Of a stretch of DNA of 64,000 nt, positions 29,329 to 38,998 are shown piece after piece. Made by a program: the position numbers and the translations under genes. Each line of letters starts with the position of its first letter. Position 1 is the stretch's first letter. The DNA is taken from NCBI GenBank assembly GCA_016177705.1, contig JACOUT010000005.1:222374-286373 (forward strand). The letters run 5' to 3'. The stretch is from Deltaproteobacteria bacterium (GTDB lineage Bacteria; Myxococcota; UBA727; VGSZ01). Below the pieces are notes generated by a model. The model searched no databases, was not told the origin of the DNA, and worked only from the letters and a program-made list of their open reading frames with translations.

Positions 29329-30720
29329 ATGCTCACCGCGCTGCTGCTCACGTTCACGGCCGCCGTGCCCGCGCACACCTGCGGCCTCGCCCGCACCGAC
29401 GCCTTCGCGCTCGAGCCGCTCTACGGCGCCGCCGCCGCCAGCGACGGCCGGCATGCCTACGTCTTTGGCGGGCAGGGCTCGAGCAAGCAGACGCGCGATC
29501 TGCTGGTGTTCGACGCCGCCACGCCGCGGCCCAAGCGCAGCGTCGTCAAAGGCGCCACGGCTCGTCGCTACCACGCCATCGCGGTGCGTGAGCCTTGGCT
29601 TTACGTGCTCGGCGGCGAAGGCGACGGCAGGCTCGCGCCCGCGGAGCGCATCCACCTCGACTCGCTCGCGGTCGAGCAGCTCTCGCCCCTGCCGGTGCCG
29701 CGCCTGTTCGTCTCGGCCGCCTGGCACGACGGCAAGCTCTACGTCGCGGGCGGCGAGACCGCGCAGGGCCGCAGCGCGCGCGTCGACGTCTACGACGCCG
29801 ACACGGGCGGCTGGAGCGAAGGCCCCCCGCTCGCCGAGGCGCGCGACACCAAGCTGGTCGACGTCGACGGCACGCTCTACGCGGTCGGCGGTTACCGCGG
29901 CGACAACGTTGCGTCGGCCATGGTGGAGCGCTTGGCCCCGGGCGCGCGCAGCTGGGAGCGCGCCGCCGACCTGCCGGTGGCGACGAGCGCCCACGCCGCG
30001 GTCGCGCTCGGCGGCAAGCTGTACGCGCTCGGCGACTACACCGAGCTTGGCCGGCTGTTGGTGCTCGACGTCGCGACCGAGAGGTGGTCGGCGGCGCCCT
30101 CGTCGTTCCTGCCTCGTCGTCACGCTGCGGCTACCACGCTCGGCGACGCCGTGCTGCTCGTGGGCGGCAACGTGCGATCGAAGGGCCCGGGGACGCGCAT
30201 GGTCGAGCGCTTCGTGCCCGCGTGCGCCAACGTCGCGCCCGCCCCGACCTGCCTCGCGTTGCGCGACCAGGCGGGCGACGGCGCCGGCGCGCTCGCCGAG
30301 GTGCGCACGCTGTGCGGTGCCGTGCCCGATCTCGATCGCCGCCTGGCGTCGGCCGCGCTCGCCGACGGCGACCGCGCCGCGGGACTTCGCCACCTCGAGC
30401 GCGCCCTGACCTCCGCGTCGGCCTCGCCCGCGAGCCTCGCGCTCGTGGGCAGCCTCGCGAAGAAGGGCCTCTCCGCCGAGGAGCGCGCGGCGTTTGGCGT
30501 GCTCGGCCGCGATGTCGCGCGGCCGCTGTACGTGCCGAGCGTCGACGCCGAGTACCGCTGGATGAGGAGCTTCGCCTGTCCGCCGGGGCAGAAGGCCAAG
30601 CGCGCGCGCCAAGCGCTACGCAAGGACCAGCTCGATGTGCTCGAGATCGAGTGCGCCGGCAAGGCGGCGGGATCGCTCTACTTCGACTTCGAGACCCTGC
30701 CCGAACAAGCGCAGCCCTGA
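29329..30720 (+). CDS. Kelch-repeat beta-propeller protein
   Basis: Repeated LY(V/A)xGG blocks (LYVLGG, LYVAGG, LYAVGG, LYALGD, LLVGG). Confidence 0.7.
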   Translation: MLTALLLTFTAAVPAHTCGLARTDAFALEPLYGAAAASDGRHAYVFGGQGSSKQTRDLLVFDAATPRPKRSVVKGATARRYHAIAVREPWLYVLGGEGDGRLAPAERIHLDSLAVEQLSPLPVPRLFVSAAWHDGKLYVAGGETAQGRSARVDVYDADTGGWSEGPPLAEARDTKLVDVDGTLYAVGGYRGDNVASAMVERLAPGARSWERAADLPVATSAHAAVALGGKLYALGDYTELGRLLVLDVATERWSAAPSSFLPRRHAAATTLGDAVLLVGGNVRSKGPGTRMVERFVPACANVAPAPTCLALRDQAGDGAGALAEVRTLCGAVPDLDRRLASAALADGDRAAGLRHLERALTSASASPASLALVGSLAKKGLSAEERAAFGVLGRDVARPLYVPSVDAEYRWMRSFACPPGQKAKRARQALRKDQLDVLEIECAGKAAGSLYFDFETLPEQAQP

Positions 30721-30795
30721 GAAGGCGCCGTTGGGCGCCTGCGCACAAGGGACGCGCCCACTGGTCTGTGTGCGCGCCGTGCATACGATGTGCCC

Positions 30796-32130
30796 ATGAT
30801 CTCGATCAGCGTGCTCATGTGCCACGCGCCCATCGTGGTGCCAGCCGTCGGCGGCGCTCGCGCGAACGCCTGCCGCGCCTCGACGCGGGCGATGGCCAAG
30901 GCCGCGCGCCGCGTGGTCGAGGCCCGTCCTGAGGCGATCGTGCTGCTGTCGCCGCACACGCCGCGCGTGCGCGGCGCTTTCTCACTGGTCGCCGGTCCGC
31001 GCGTGAAGGGCGACCTCGGTGACTTCGGCGCCGAGCAGACGAGCTGCGACCTGCCGCGCGGCGAGGGCGTGGTGCGCGCCATCGGTGAGGCCTGTCGCGA
31101 GGGCGGCGTTGCGCTCGAGGAGATCAGGCTGCGCCGGCTCGACCACGGCGCCATGGTGCCGCTCGCCTTCCTCGTCGAAGCCGGCTGGCGAGGCGAGACC
31201 GTGGTGATCGGCATGCCCGCCGAGCCCACCGCGGAGGAGACGGCCGCGCTGGGGCGAGCGATCAAGAAGGCCGCCGAGGGCAAGCGCTGGGCGCTCGTCG
31301 CCTCGGGCGACTGCTCGCATCGCCTCGTGCCCGAGGCGCCCGCGGGCTTCCACCCACGCGCCGTCGAGTTCGATCGCGCGCTCGTCGAAGTCGTGCACGC
31401 CGGCGACGACGCCGAGCTGTTCCACATGGACGAGGCGCTGCGCGAGCTGGCCGCCGAGGACGTGATCGACACCGCGCAGGTCGCGGCCTCGTGCACCACG
31501 TCGTCGGCGCGGCGCGAGGTGCTCTCCTACGAGGGCCCCTTCGGCGTCGGCTACCTGGTGGCGGTGCTGAGCGTCGGTGAAGACTCCGGCGACGACAAGA
31601 AGCTCGAAGGCCTGGTTGACGTCGCCGAAGCGGCGCTGCACCAGCACCTGCATGGCGGGCGCCGCCATGGGAGCGCCGCGCTCGACGCGGGCAACTTCAC
31701 GGGCGTGTTCGTCACCTGGCGCAAGAACGGCGACCTGCGCGGCTGCATCGGCCGCATGACGCTCACCGGCAGCGTCGCCGACGCCGTGCGCGAGCTCGCC
31801 GTCGCCGCCGCCGTCGACGATCCGCGCTTCCCGCCGGTGACCAAGGAAGAGCTCGGCGAGCTGTGCGGCGAGGTGACGCTGCTGCACCCGACCGAGCCGG
31901 TCGACGACGTGCGCCAGCTCGACCCGCGCATCTTCGGCGTCGAGGTGTCCGCCGGTTGGCGGCGCGGCGTGTTGCTGCCCGACCTCGAGGGAGTCGATAC
32001 CGTCGAGGAGCAGCTGGCGATCGTGCTGCGCAAGGCGGGCATCGCGCGGCACGAGAGCTACCAGCTGCGCCGTTTCCGCGCGCAGAAAGTGGTGCGCAGC
32101 GTCGCGCGCGCACCGACGGGGGCCGTATGA
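30796..32130 (+). CDS. fused LigB/Memo-like class-III extradiol-dioxygenase-fold domain plus AMMECR1 domain (AmmeMemoRadiSam B-A fusion-like)
   Basis: N-terminal half: SPHTP, DHGAMVPL and SGDCSH, which are LigB/YgiD-like metal ligand motifs. C-terminal half: AMMECR1 signature RGCIG and RGVLLP. An alternative GTG start is at 30790. Confidence 0.65.
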   Translation: MISISVLMCHAPIVVPAVGGARANACRASTRAMAKAARRVVEARPEAIVLLSPHTPRVRGAFSLVAGPRVKGDLGDFGAEQTSCDLPRGEGVVRAIGEACREGGVALEEIRLRRLDHGAMVPLAFLVEAGWRGETVVIGMPAEPTAEETAALGRAIKKAAEGKRWALVASGDCSHRLVPEAPAGFHPRAVEFDRALVEVVHAGDDAELFHMDEALRELAAEDVIDTAQVAASCTTSSARREVLSYEGPFGVGYLVAVLSVGEDSGDDKKLEGLVDVAEAALHQHLHGGRRHGSAALDAGNFTGVFVTWRKNGDLRGCIGRMTLTGSVADAVRELAVAAAVDDPRFPPVTKEELGELCGEVTLLHPTEPVDDVRQLDPRIFGVEVSAGWRRGVLLPDLEGVDTVEEQLAIVLRKAGIARHESYQLRRFRAQKVVRSVARAPTGAV

Positions 32131-33197
32131 CGGACACCAACCACCCGGCCCGCTACTGGCACGCCGAGGGCGGCCGCTTCCGCTGCGAGGTGTGCCCGCG
32201 TGCGTGCCTGGTGTCGCCGGGACAGAAGGCATTCTGCGTCGTGCGCGAGGGCGGCGAGCAGGGCATGGTGCTCACCACGTACGGGCGCTCCTCGGGCTTC
32301 TGCATCGATCCCATCGAGAAGAAGCCGCTCAACCACTTCTACCCGGGCACGCCCATCCTGAGCTTCGGCACCGCGGGCTGTAACCTCGGCTGTCAGTTCT
32401 GCCAGAACTGGGACATCTCGAAGGCGCGGCACGACGACGCCTTGCAGTCGGAGGCGTCGCCCGCGGCCATCGCGCGCACCGCGGTCAAGGTGGGGGCCAG
32501 GAGCGTCGCCTTCACCTACAACGACCCGACCATCTTCCTCGAGTACGCCATCGACACTGCCGAGGAGTGCAGGAAGCTCGGCGTGCACCCGGTGGCGGTC
32601 ACCAACGGCTACATCCACGGCGAGGCGCGCGTCGACCTCTATGCCGCGATGGACGCGGCCAACATCGACCTCAAGGCCTTCACCGAGAAGTTCTATCGAG
32701 ACGTCTGCCTGGCGCACCTCGAGCCGGTGAGGGAGACGCTCAAGCACGTCGTCAAGCACACGTCGTGCTGGGTGGAGATCACCACGCTCTTGATCCCGGG
32801 CTACAACGACGACGACGCGGAGATCGACCAGCTTGCCACCTGGATCGCCACCGAGCTGTCGCCCGAGGTGCCGCTGCACTTCTCCGCGTTCCACCCCGAC
32901 TACAAGCTGCTGAACGCGCCCGCCACGCCGCCCGCGACGCTGACGCGCGCCCGCGACATCGCGCGCAAAGCGGGCCTGCGCTACGTCTACACGGGCAACG
33001 TGCACGATCCCGCGGGCGCCTCGACGTACTGTCCGGGGTGCGGTGCGCTCGTGATCGAGCGCGACTGGTACACCCTCGGCGCGTGGCACGTCCGCGAGGG
33101 AGCCTGCGACCGGTGCGGCACGCGCATCGCCGGGCGCTTCGACCTGGAGCCGGGGCAGTGGGGCGCGCGTCGTCAGCCGCTGCGCATCACGGCGTAG
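32127..33197 (+). CDS. AmmeMemoRadiSam system radical SAM enzyme
   Basis: CNLGCQFC radical-SAM cluster motif. ATGA overlap with the upstream gene. C-terminal Cys cluster CPGCG...CDRCG. Confidence 0.8.
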   Translation: MTDTNHPARYWHAEGGRFRCEVCPRACLVSPGQKAFCVVREGGEQGMVLTTYGRSSGFCIDPIEKKPLNHFYPGTPILSFGTAGCNLGCQFCQNWDISKARHDDALQSEASPAAIARTAVKVGARSVAFTYNDPTIFLEYAIDTAEECRKLGVHPVAVTNGYIHGEARVDLYAAMDAANIDLKAFTEKFYRDVCLAHLEPVRETLKHVVKHTSCWVEITTLLIPGYNDDDAEIDQLATWIATELSPEVPLHFSAFHPDYKLLNAPATPPATLTRARDIARKAGLRYVYTGNVHDPAGASTYCPGCGALVIERDWYTLGAWHVREGACDRCGTRIAGRFDLEPGQWGARRQPLRITA

Positions 33198-33967
33198 GCA
33201 GCGGCCGCTTCGGCGGTGCGCACCGGCTCGCCGACCCGCTTGGCGCGCCACAGCAGACCAAACGGCGTCACGGTGGGCGGCATCAACTCGACCACCTCGG
33301 TCTGATAGCCGGCGGCCTCCAGGCGCAGCGTGCGCTCGGCGTCGATGATCGCCTGCGCGAAGCGTCGCTGTACCAGCGCATGACGCGGCAGGCCCACGGT
33401 CTTCGCCCAGCGATCTGCGTTTCCCTGTGCCGGCACGTGCGTGGCGAGCCCGTCGTGGGTGCGCGTCGCCGCGGCGCCGTAGCAGCAGGGCACGAGCAAG
33501 ATGCGCTTGGCGGAGCACGAGATGGCGCGATCGATGACGGCGTCGCAGGCCTCGCCACAGGCATGGAGCGCGACCACCAGGTCGGGCGCCTCGGGCCACA
33601 GCGCGGCGTCGGCGACGGTGCCGGCGCGAAGCTCGACCCGGTCGTGCACCCCGAGCGCACGCGCGCCCTCGCGCGCGTGTGCCAAGCGCGCGTGATCGCT
33701 CTCGATCGCGACCACACGCGCGCGCGCCTCCGGATCCGCCAGCGCGAGCAACAGCATGCCGGCGGCGGACTTGCCGGAGCACGCGTCGACGACGACGACC
33801 GGCGTCTTGGGCGCGCGTTTGGCCTGCAGCGGTGGCAGCGCCCTGGTCAGCTCCTCGAGCAGCGCGGTCAGCTCGAGGGCCTTCTGACGGTCCTCCTTGC
33901 GCAAGGCGCCGCCGCGCAGAAAGGCGCGCGCCAGCATGTCCTCGACCAGTTCCTTCGGGATTCGCAC
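33173..33967 (-). CDS. class I SAM-dependent methyltransferase
   Basis: Motif I VVVVDACSGKS. GTG start. Convergent overlap with the radical SAM gene. Confidence 0.6.
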   Translation of the reverse strand: MRIPKELVEDMLARAFLRGGALRKEDRQKALELTALLEELTRALPPLQAKRAPKTPVVVVDACSGKSAAGMLLLALADPEARARVVAIESDHARLAHAREGARALGVHDRVELRAGTVADAALWPEAPDLVVALHACGEACDAVIDRAISCSAKRILLVPCCYGAAATRTHDGLATHVPAQGNADRWAKTVGLPRHALVQRRFAQAIIDAERTLRLEAAGYQTEVVELMPPTVTPFGLLWRAKRVGEPVRTAEAAAAYAVMRSG

Positions 33968-33978
33968 GCTGGGACGCT

Positions 33979-35232
33979 ATGCTGCCGACGACCATGCGTA
34001 ACCCCCTGGACGGCAAGCGGGTCCTCGTGGGCGTGGGCGGCAGCATCGCCGCCTACCGCGCCTGTGACGTCGTGCGCCGCCTGCGGGAGCTCGGCGCCAC
34101 CGTGCGCGTGGCGCCGACGCGCGCCGCGAGCGCGTTCGTGACGCCCATGACCTTCGAGGCGCTCGCGGGCGCGCCGTGCCTCGGCGGCGTGCTCGAGGTC
34201 GAGCGCGGACGCATCCCCCACGTCGAGGAGGCGCACGCCTGCGACGTGGTGCTGGTGGCCGCCGCCACCGCCGACCTGCTCGCCAAGATGGCGCAGGGCC
34301 TGGCCGACGAGGCGCTGTTGGCGACGCTGCTCGCGTTTCCTGGCCCCGTCGTGGTCGCGCCCGCCATGGAGAGCGGGATGTGGTCGCACGCGGCCACCCA
34401 GGCGAACGTCGCCACGCTGCGTGCGCGCGGCGTGCACGTGGTCGGCCCGGTCGAGGGGCCGCTCGCCTCCGGTCGAAGCGGCGCCGGGCGCATGGCGCCG
34501 GTCGATGACCTCGTCGAGGCGGCCGCCTGGGCGGTGTGCGCCAAGGACCTCGCCGGCAAGCAGCTCGTGATCACGGCCGGGCCCACCGTCGAGGATCTCG
34601 ACCCCGTGCGCTTCTTGTCGAACCGCTCGTCGGGGCGCATGGGCGTGGCGCTCGCCGTGCAGGCCGCGCGCCGGGGCGCGCAGGTGGTGTTGGTGCACGG
34701 GCCGCTCAAGGTGGCAGTACCCAATGTGCCCGGCCTGACGGCGGTGGCGGCGCGCGCCGCCGGCGAGATGCACGAGGAGACCGTGGGCCGCGCGGCGCGC
34801 GCCGACGCGGCCATCCTGTGCGCCGCCGTGGCAGACGCGCGCCCGCGCACGCAGGCGAAGCGCAAGCTCAAGAAGAGCGAGGGCCAGCTCAAGACCATCG
34901 AGCTCGTGCCCACGCGCGACATCCTGGCCGACCTCGGTGCTGCGCGCCGAAAGAAGAAGGCGCGCCGGCCGGTGCTGGTCGGCTTCGCCGCCGAGACCGG
35001 CGACGTGCTCTCCTACGCGCGCGGCAAGCTCGAGCAGAAGGGCTGTGACCTGATCTGCGCCAACGACGTCGCCGAGGCAGGCAGCGGCTTCGACGTCGAC
35101 ACCAATCGCATGCTGCTCGTCTGGCCACACGAGGAGCGGTGGCTGCCGGCGTGCAGCAAGGATGAGGCCGCCTGGCATATCCTCGACGAGGTGGCTGTGC
35201 TGCTCTCCCGCACGACCAGGCGGCGCTCGTGA
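33979..35232 (+). CDS. coaBC: bifunctional phosphopantothenoylcysteine decarboxylase / phosphopantothenate-cysteine ligase
   Basis: Flavoprotein N-terminal domain (KRVLVGVGGSIAAYRA). CoaB domain motifs ITAGPT, RFLSNRSSGRMG and KLKK. Confidence 0.85.
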   Translation: MLPTTMRNPLDGKRVLVGVGGSIAAYRACDVVRRLRELGATVRVAPTRAASAFVTPMTFEALAGAPCLGGVLEVERGRIPHVEEAHACDVVLVAAATADLLAKMAQGLADEALLATLLAFPGPVVVAPAMESGMWSHAATQANVATLRARGVHVVGPVEGPLASGRSGAGRMAPVDDLVEAAAWAVCAKDLAGKQLVITAGPTVEDLDPVRFLSNRSSGRMGVALAVQAARRGAQVVLVHGPLKVAVPNVPGLTAVAARAAGEMHEETVGRAARADAAILCAAVADARPRTQAKRKLKKSEGQLKTIELVPTRDILADLGAARRKKKARRPVLVGFAAETGDVLSYARGKLEQKGCDLICANDVAEAGSGFDVDTNRMLLVWPHEERWLPACSKDEAAWHILDEVAVLLSRTTRRRS

Positions 35233-36029
35233 AGCGCTTCGAGGACGGCCTGTCGGACGAGGGCAGAGCCGAGGGCGAGGTCATCGCCGAGATCGCCGGC
35301 GTGCCGGTGCGCACCAGCGACAACGCCGGTTCCTACTACTGCGCGCACGCCTGGTGGACCGTCACCGGATGGGCCGGCAGCGACGACGCCACGGCGGCGA
35401 TTGATCACGAGGGTGAGCCGCTGGTCGGCTTCCTGCACGTGCCCGCTGACCCCGAGACCACCGGCGATCCTGCGCCGGAGCGCGATCGCCACGCCGCGTT
35501 GCGCGAGGTGGTCGCCGCCGCGCTGCGCGGCTGGCTCGATCACCTGCCGGAGGGCGCGCGCGTGCTGTTGACGGGTTTCTCGGCCTTCGCAGGCGTCGTC
35601 GACAACCCGACCGGCGCCTTCACCGGCGACCTCGGCGAGGTGGCGCGCGCGGTCGCGCTGGCGACCGGCAGCGAGGCGCTGGTCGACGTCGCGACCGGCG
35701 CCGTGCGCGGCCGCGGCCTCGAGGTGGTGAGCGTGGTGTTGCCGGTCGACGATCGCTCGCTCGCTCGCTCGCGCGCGGGCTCGTTGCCCGAGTTGCTCGC
35801 GCGCGTGCGGCCCCACGCGGTCTTGTCGATGGGCGTGCATCGGGTCACCGACCACTTCCGCGTCGAGGTAGTGCCGACCAGCGCTGGTCTCGTCGTCGGC
35901 GAAGGCGACGCGCGCCACAGCTTCGAGCCACGACCGGTGCAGCGCCGTGGCGACGTGCGCTCGCTCGCGCGCGCCATCGCGCGCGGCAGCTCACGCGGCT
36001 ATTCAGGTGGCCGTGGCGGCGGCGCCTGA
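35229..36029 (+). CDS. pyroglutamyl-peptidase I (C15)-like protein with apparently permuted motif order
   Basis: A Cys-motif-like TSDNAGSYYCAH and a His-motif-like GFLHVPADPE precede the block VLLTGFSAFAGVVDNPTGAF, which resembles the C15 N-terminus. Confidence 0.45.
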   Translation: MKRFEDGLSDEGRAEGEVIAEIAGVPVRTSDNAGSYYCAHAWWTVTGWAGSDDATAAIDHEGEPLVGFLHVPADPETTGDPAPERDRHAALREVVAAALRGWLDHLPEGARVLLTGFSAFAGVVDNPTGAFTGDLGEVARAVALATGSEALVDVATGAVRGRGLEVVSVVLPVDDRSLARSRAGSLPELLARVRPHAVLSMGVHRVTDHFRVEVVPTSAGLVVGEGDARHSFEPRPVQRRGDVRSLARAIARGSSRGYSGGRGGGA

Positions 36030-37115
36030 CGCGCGCAGCGCCAACAGCTCGCGCAGGCAGCGTCGCACGAAGCCGGGGCCCCCATAGACGAAGCCGGTAT
36101 AGGCCTGCGCGACCGCGGCCCCCGCGTCGAGCTTGGCCTGCAAGGTGGCGCCGTCCTCGACACCGCCCGCTCCCATGAACGCGAGCTTGCCCTGGTACTC
36201 GCGCGCGAGCGTGCGCAGCAGCTCCGTGGAGCGTGCGAACAACGGCGCGCCCGAGATGCCGCCGCCGCCCTCGGGCACGGGGCCCTGAAGCCCGGTCGGG
36301 TCGATGGTGGTGTTGGTGAGCACCAGGCCGCGGCAGCCCGCGTGCAGCGCGGCGTCGGCGCAGGCGCGCGCGTCCTCGAACGCTAGGTCGGGTGCCAGCT
36401 TGACCAGCACCGGCCGAGGCGCCGTGCGTTTGGCGTTGTCGCCGCACACCACGTCGAGCACGCGCGACAGCTCGTCCTTCTGCTGCAGGGCGCGCAGCCC
36501 CGGCGTATTGGGGCTCGACACGTTGACGACGACGTAATCGGCCACGTCGGCGACGGCGCCGAAGGAGGCGCGGTAGTCGTCGGCGGCGTCGGCGTTGTCC
36601 ACGACCTTGCTCTTGCCGATGTTGACGCCGACCGGGATCTTCACCCGACCCGCGTGGCGCCACCGCTCCAGGCGTTGCACGCACGCGACCGCGCCCTGGT
36701 TGTTGAAGCCCATACGGTTCTTGAGCGCGCGATCGGCCGGCAGGCGGAACAGCCGGGGCCGCTCGTTGCCCGGCTGCGGGCGCGCGGTCACCGTGCCCAC
36801 CTCGACGAAGCCGAAGCCGAGCGCATGCCAGGCCGGCACCGCGACCGCGTCCTTGTCGAAGCCCGCGGCGAGCCCGAGGGGGTTCGGGAACACCAGCCCG
36901 AAGGCCTCGGTGCGCAGGGAGGGTGCGCGCGCCACGTCAGACGTCGGCAGATCGACCGAGCACACGCGCGACCACACCGACAAGGACGCCATCGCCAGGT
37001 GGTGCACGCGCTCGGCGTCGACGGAGAACAGCAGCTTGCGCCCAACGCGCCACGTGGCCGGCACGGGCGGGGCAGGGGTCACGGCGGCGGCTGTCCGGGC
37101 GATGGAGTCGGCCAC
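36003..37115 (-). CDS. pyrD: dihydroorotate dehydrogenase (quinone), class 2
   Basis: Motifs GFGFVEVGTVT, NRMGFNNQG, VNVSSPNTPGLR and LVLTNTT. Confidence 0.85.
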   Translation of the reverse strand: MADSIARTAAAVTPAPPVPATWRVGRKLLFSVDAERVHHLAMASLSVWSRVCSVDLPTSDVARAPSLRTEAFGLVFPNPLGLAAGFDKDAVAVPAWHALGFGFVEVGTVTARPQPGNERPRLFRLPADRALKNRMGFNNQGAVACVQRLERWRHAGRVKIPVGVNIGKSKVVDNADAADDYRASFGAVADVADYVVVNVSSPNTPGLRALQQKDELSRVLDVVCGDNAKRTAPRPVLVKLAPDLAFEDARACADAALHAGCRGLVLTNTTIDPTGLQGPVPEGGGGISGAPLFARSTELLRTLAREYQGKLAFMGAGGVEDGATLQAKLDAGAAVAQAYTGFVYGGPGFVRRCLRELLALRASGAAATAT

Positions 37116-37137
37116 GCTCGGGCCTTATCATCCGATC

Positions 37138-38961
37138 ATGGCGACGCGCATCGGGGGCGGTGAGACCTTCATGCCACCGGCGGGCACCGACACCCGCATG
37201 GATCGGCAGCGCGAGGAATTCCTGCGCCAGTTGCGCGAGGCGCAGCTCAGCCACAACAACCGCGAGGGCGAGCAGGTGCTCGACCACGTGGTGCGCGTGC
37301 TGCGCAAGAACCGCGAGCTCGACGCCGCCGAGGGCCTGCGTGAGCGCAAGAACGACGCGGGGCAGGGCCCGGATCGCCAGCGCTTGAGCGAGCGCGTCGA
37401 TCGCGCAGAGCGCGCGCCCGAGCGGGGCGCCGAGCGCAACGCCGAACGCCGGCTCGACGACGCGCCTCGGCTGATCGCCGAGTTCCAGCGTGAGCACGGT
37501 CTGCCGCCCACCGGGCGCCTCGATCCAAACACCGTCAACGCCCTGCAGGAGAAGGGCGCGCTGCCGCCCGCCGCGCAACCGGCGCAGCCGGGCACCGTCC
37601 ACGTCGAGCAGGCCGGCGAGCTCGCCGATCCGGGGCGCACGCCGCTCCGCCCCGAGGACAAGGAGGCGACGCGCCGTTTGCAGTCGATGCAAGAGCAGGC
37701 GGCGCGCACACGCGTCGAGGGTGGCCCGCGCAAAGACGGCGCGCCGCGCACCGAGCCGAGAAACGTCGAGCGCGCGCTCGACAAGCAGGCGCTCGACCGG
37801 CAGCGCGATCGCGCGCTCGATCGGCCCGTGGAGCGTTCGCCGATACCGGAGCGCGCCGCCACCGATGCGCACGCCGCCGATCGCAACCGCGACACCAACC
37901 GCGTCGACGCGGTGCCCGACCCCTCGCACCTGCTCGCGTCGTTGCTGACGCCCGGGCTCGCCGGCAAGAGGAGCCAGACCGACGAGGCGATGAAGGCCTC
38001 GGCGCCGCAGGACGCGCCGCCGGCGCCGCCGAAGGGCGAGAGCGCCGACCCGAAGAAGACCAAGGCAACCAACGAGGACAACCACGAGGCGCTGCGGGAC
38101 TCCAAGGTCGATCGCGTCGTCGACCAGAAGCCGACCGTGCGCCGCGCGCTCACCGACAGCACGACCTCGCGCACCGCGGCCGACCGCGACGTCAAGCGCG
38201 ACCCGGTTCGCCCGCAGGCGCCGCCCGACAAGCAGGCGCCCACGGCGGACGTGGCGGCGCGCGCGCCGCTCTCGTCATCGGCGAACGCCGACGACAGGAT
38301 GCGCCTGGACACCGTGCTCGCCTCCCAACAGGCGGTCGAGCGCGGCGTGCAGGAGGCCACGGGCGATCCCCACGCCACCAAGGGCGCGGGCGAGAAGGCA
38401 GGCGAGGGCCAGGGCGTGCGCGGCCAGGGCGGCGCGCAGGGCGGCGGCACGCCCGAGGCCGCCGGCGTCGACGCGGCAGCGCCGAACGTCGAGGGGCCGC
38501 CCGGCCACGAGACGGTGCAGGGCAACGCCAAGGCGGGCGACGACGACTTCCTCGACGACGAGCGCGGCAACGCCAACGTGAGAGGCCAGGGCGAGGAGGG
38601 GGTCGGCGAAGGCGAGGGCTTCTGGCGCGTGCCGCCGCTGTCGGAGCAGGTGCGCGCCGCGCTCGACACCATCACGCGCGACGCCGACACCACCAGCGCC
38701 GCCACCTACTCGTGGGACGTGACCTTCTACCGACCGGGTGTCTACGGCCCGGGGCAGCCGGCGCCCGAGATCTGGCGGCTCGTCGTCGCGCGCGCCACCG
38801 CCTTCGACACGGTGTGGCGCGAGGCCTGCGACGCCATCACCATCAAGTACCTCTACCTCGAGCCCGACACCGAGCCGCCGACCATGGACGACTTCGTCTG
38901 GGCGCTGCGGCGCGCGCGCGTGCGCGAGGCGTCCGATTCGCCGCCGTCGTCGAGCGGGTAG
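37138..38961 (+). CDS. highly charged low-complexity protein with PG_binding_1-like domain
   Basis: RLIAEFQREHGLPPTGRLDPNTVNAL. Long R/D/E-rich region. Start alternatives at 37171 and 37198. Confidence 0.55.
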   Translation: MATRIGGGETFMPPAGTDTRMDRQREEFLRQLREAQLSHNNREGEQVLDHVVRVLRKNRELDAAEGLRERKNDAGQGPDRQRLSERVDRAERAPERGAERNAERRLDDAPRLIAEFQREHGLPPTGRLDPNTVNALQEKGALPPAAQPAQPGTVHVEQAGELADPGRTPLRPEDKEATRRLQSMQEQAARTRVEGGPRKDGAPRTEPRNVERALDKQALDRQRDRALDRPVERSPIPERAATDAHAADRNRDTNRVDAVPDPSHLLASLLTPGLAGKRSQTDEAMKASAPQDAPPAPPKGESADPKKTKATNEDNHEALRDSKVDRVVDQKPTVRRALTDSTTSRTAADRDVKRDPVRPQAPPDKQAPTADVAARAPLSSSANADDRMRLDTVLASQQAVERGVQEATGDPHATKGAGEKAGEGQGVRGQGGAQGGGTPEAAGVDAAAPNVEGPPGHETVQGNAKAGDDDFLDDERGNANVRGQGEEGVGEGEGFWRVPPLSEQVRAALDTITRDADTTSAATYSWDVTFYRPGVYGPGQPAPEIWRLVVARATAFDTVWREACDAITIKYLYLEPDTEPPTMDDFVWALRRARVREASDSPPSSSG

Positions 38962-38998
38962 CGCGCCGCGCGTTGGCGCCGGCTACACTGGCGAGGTG

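Noticed and set aside
32058-34046. 662-aa minus-strand ORF and the 517-aa plus ORF N-terminal extension (33679-33978)
   Set aside because: The minus ORF is antisense to the radical SAM gene and is Arg-rich low complexity. The coaBC N-terminal extension has no homology, and the real flavoprotein domain starts at 33979.
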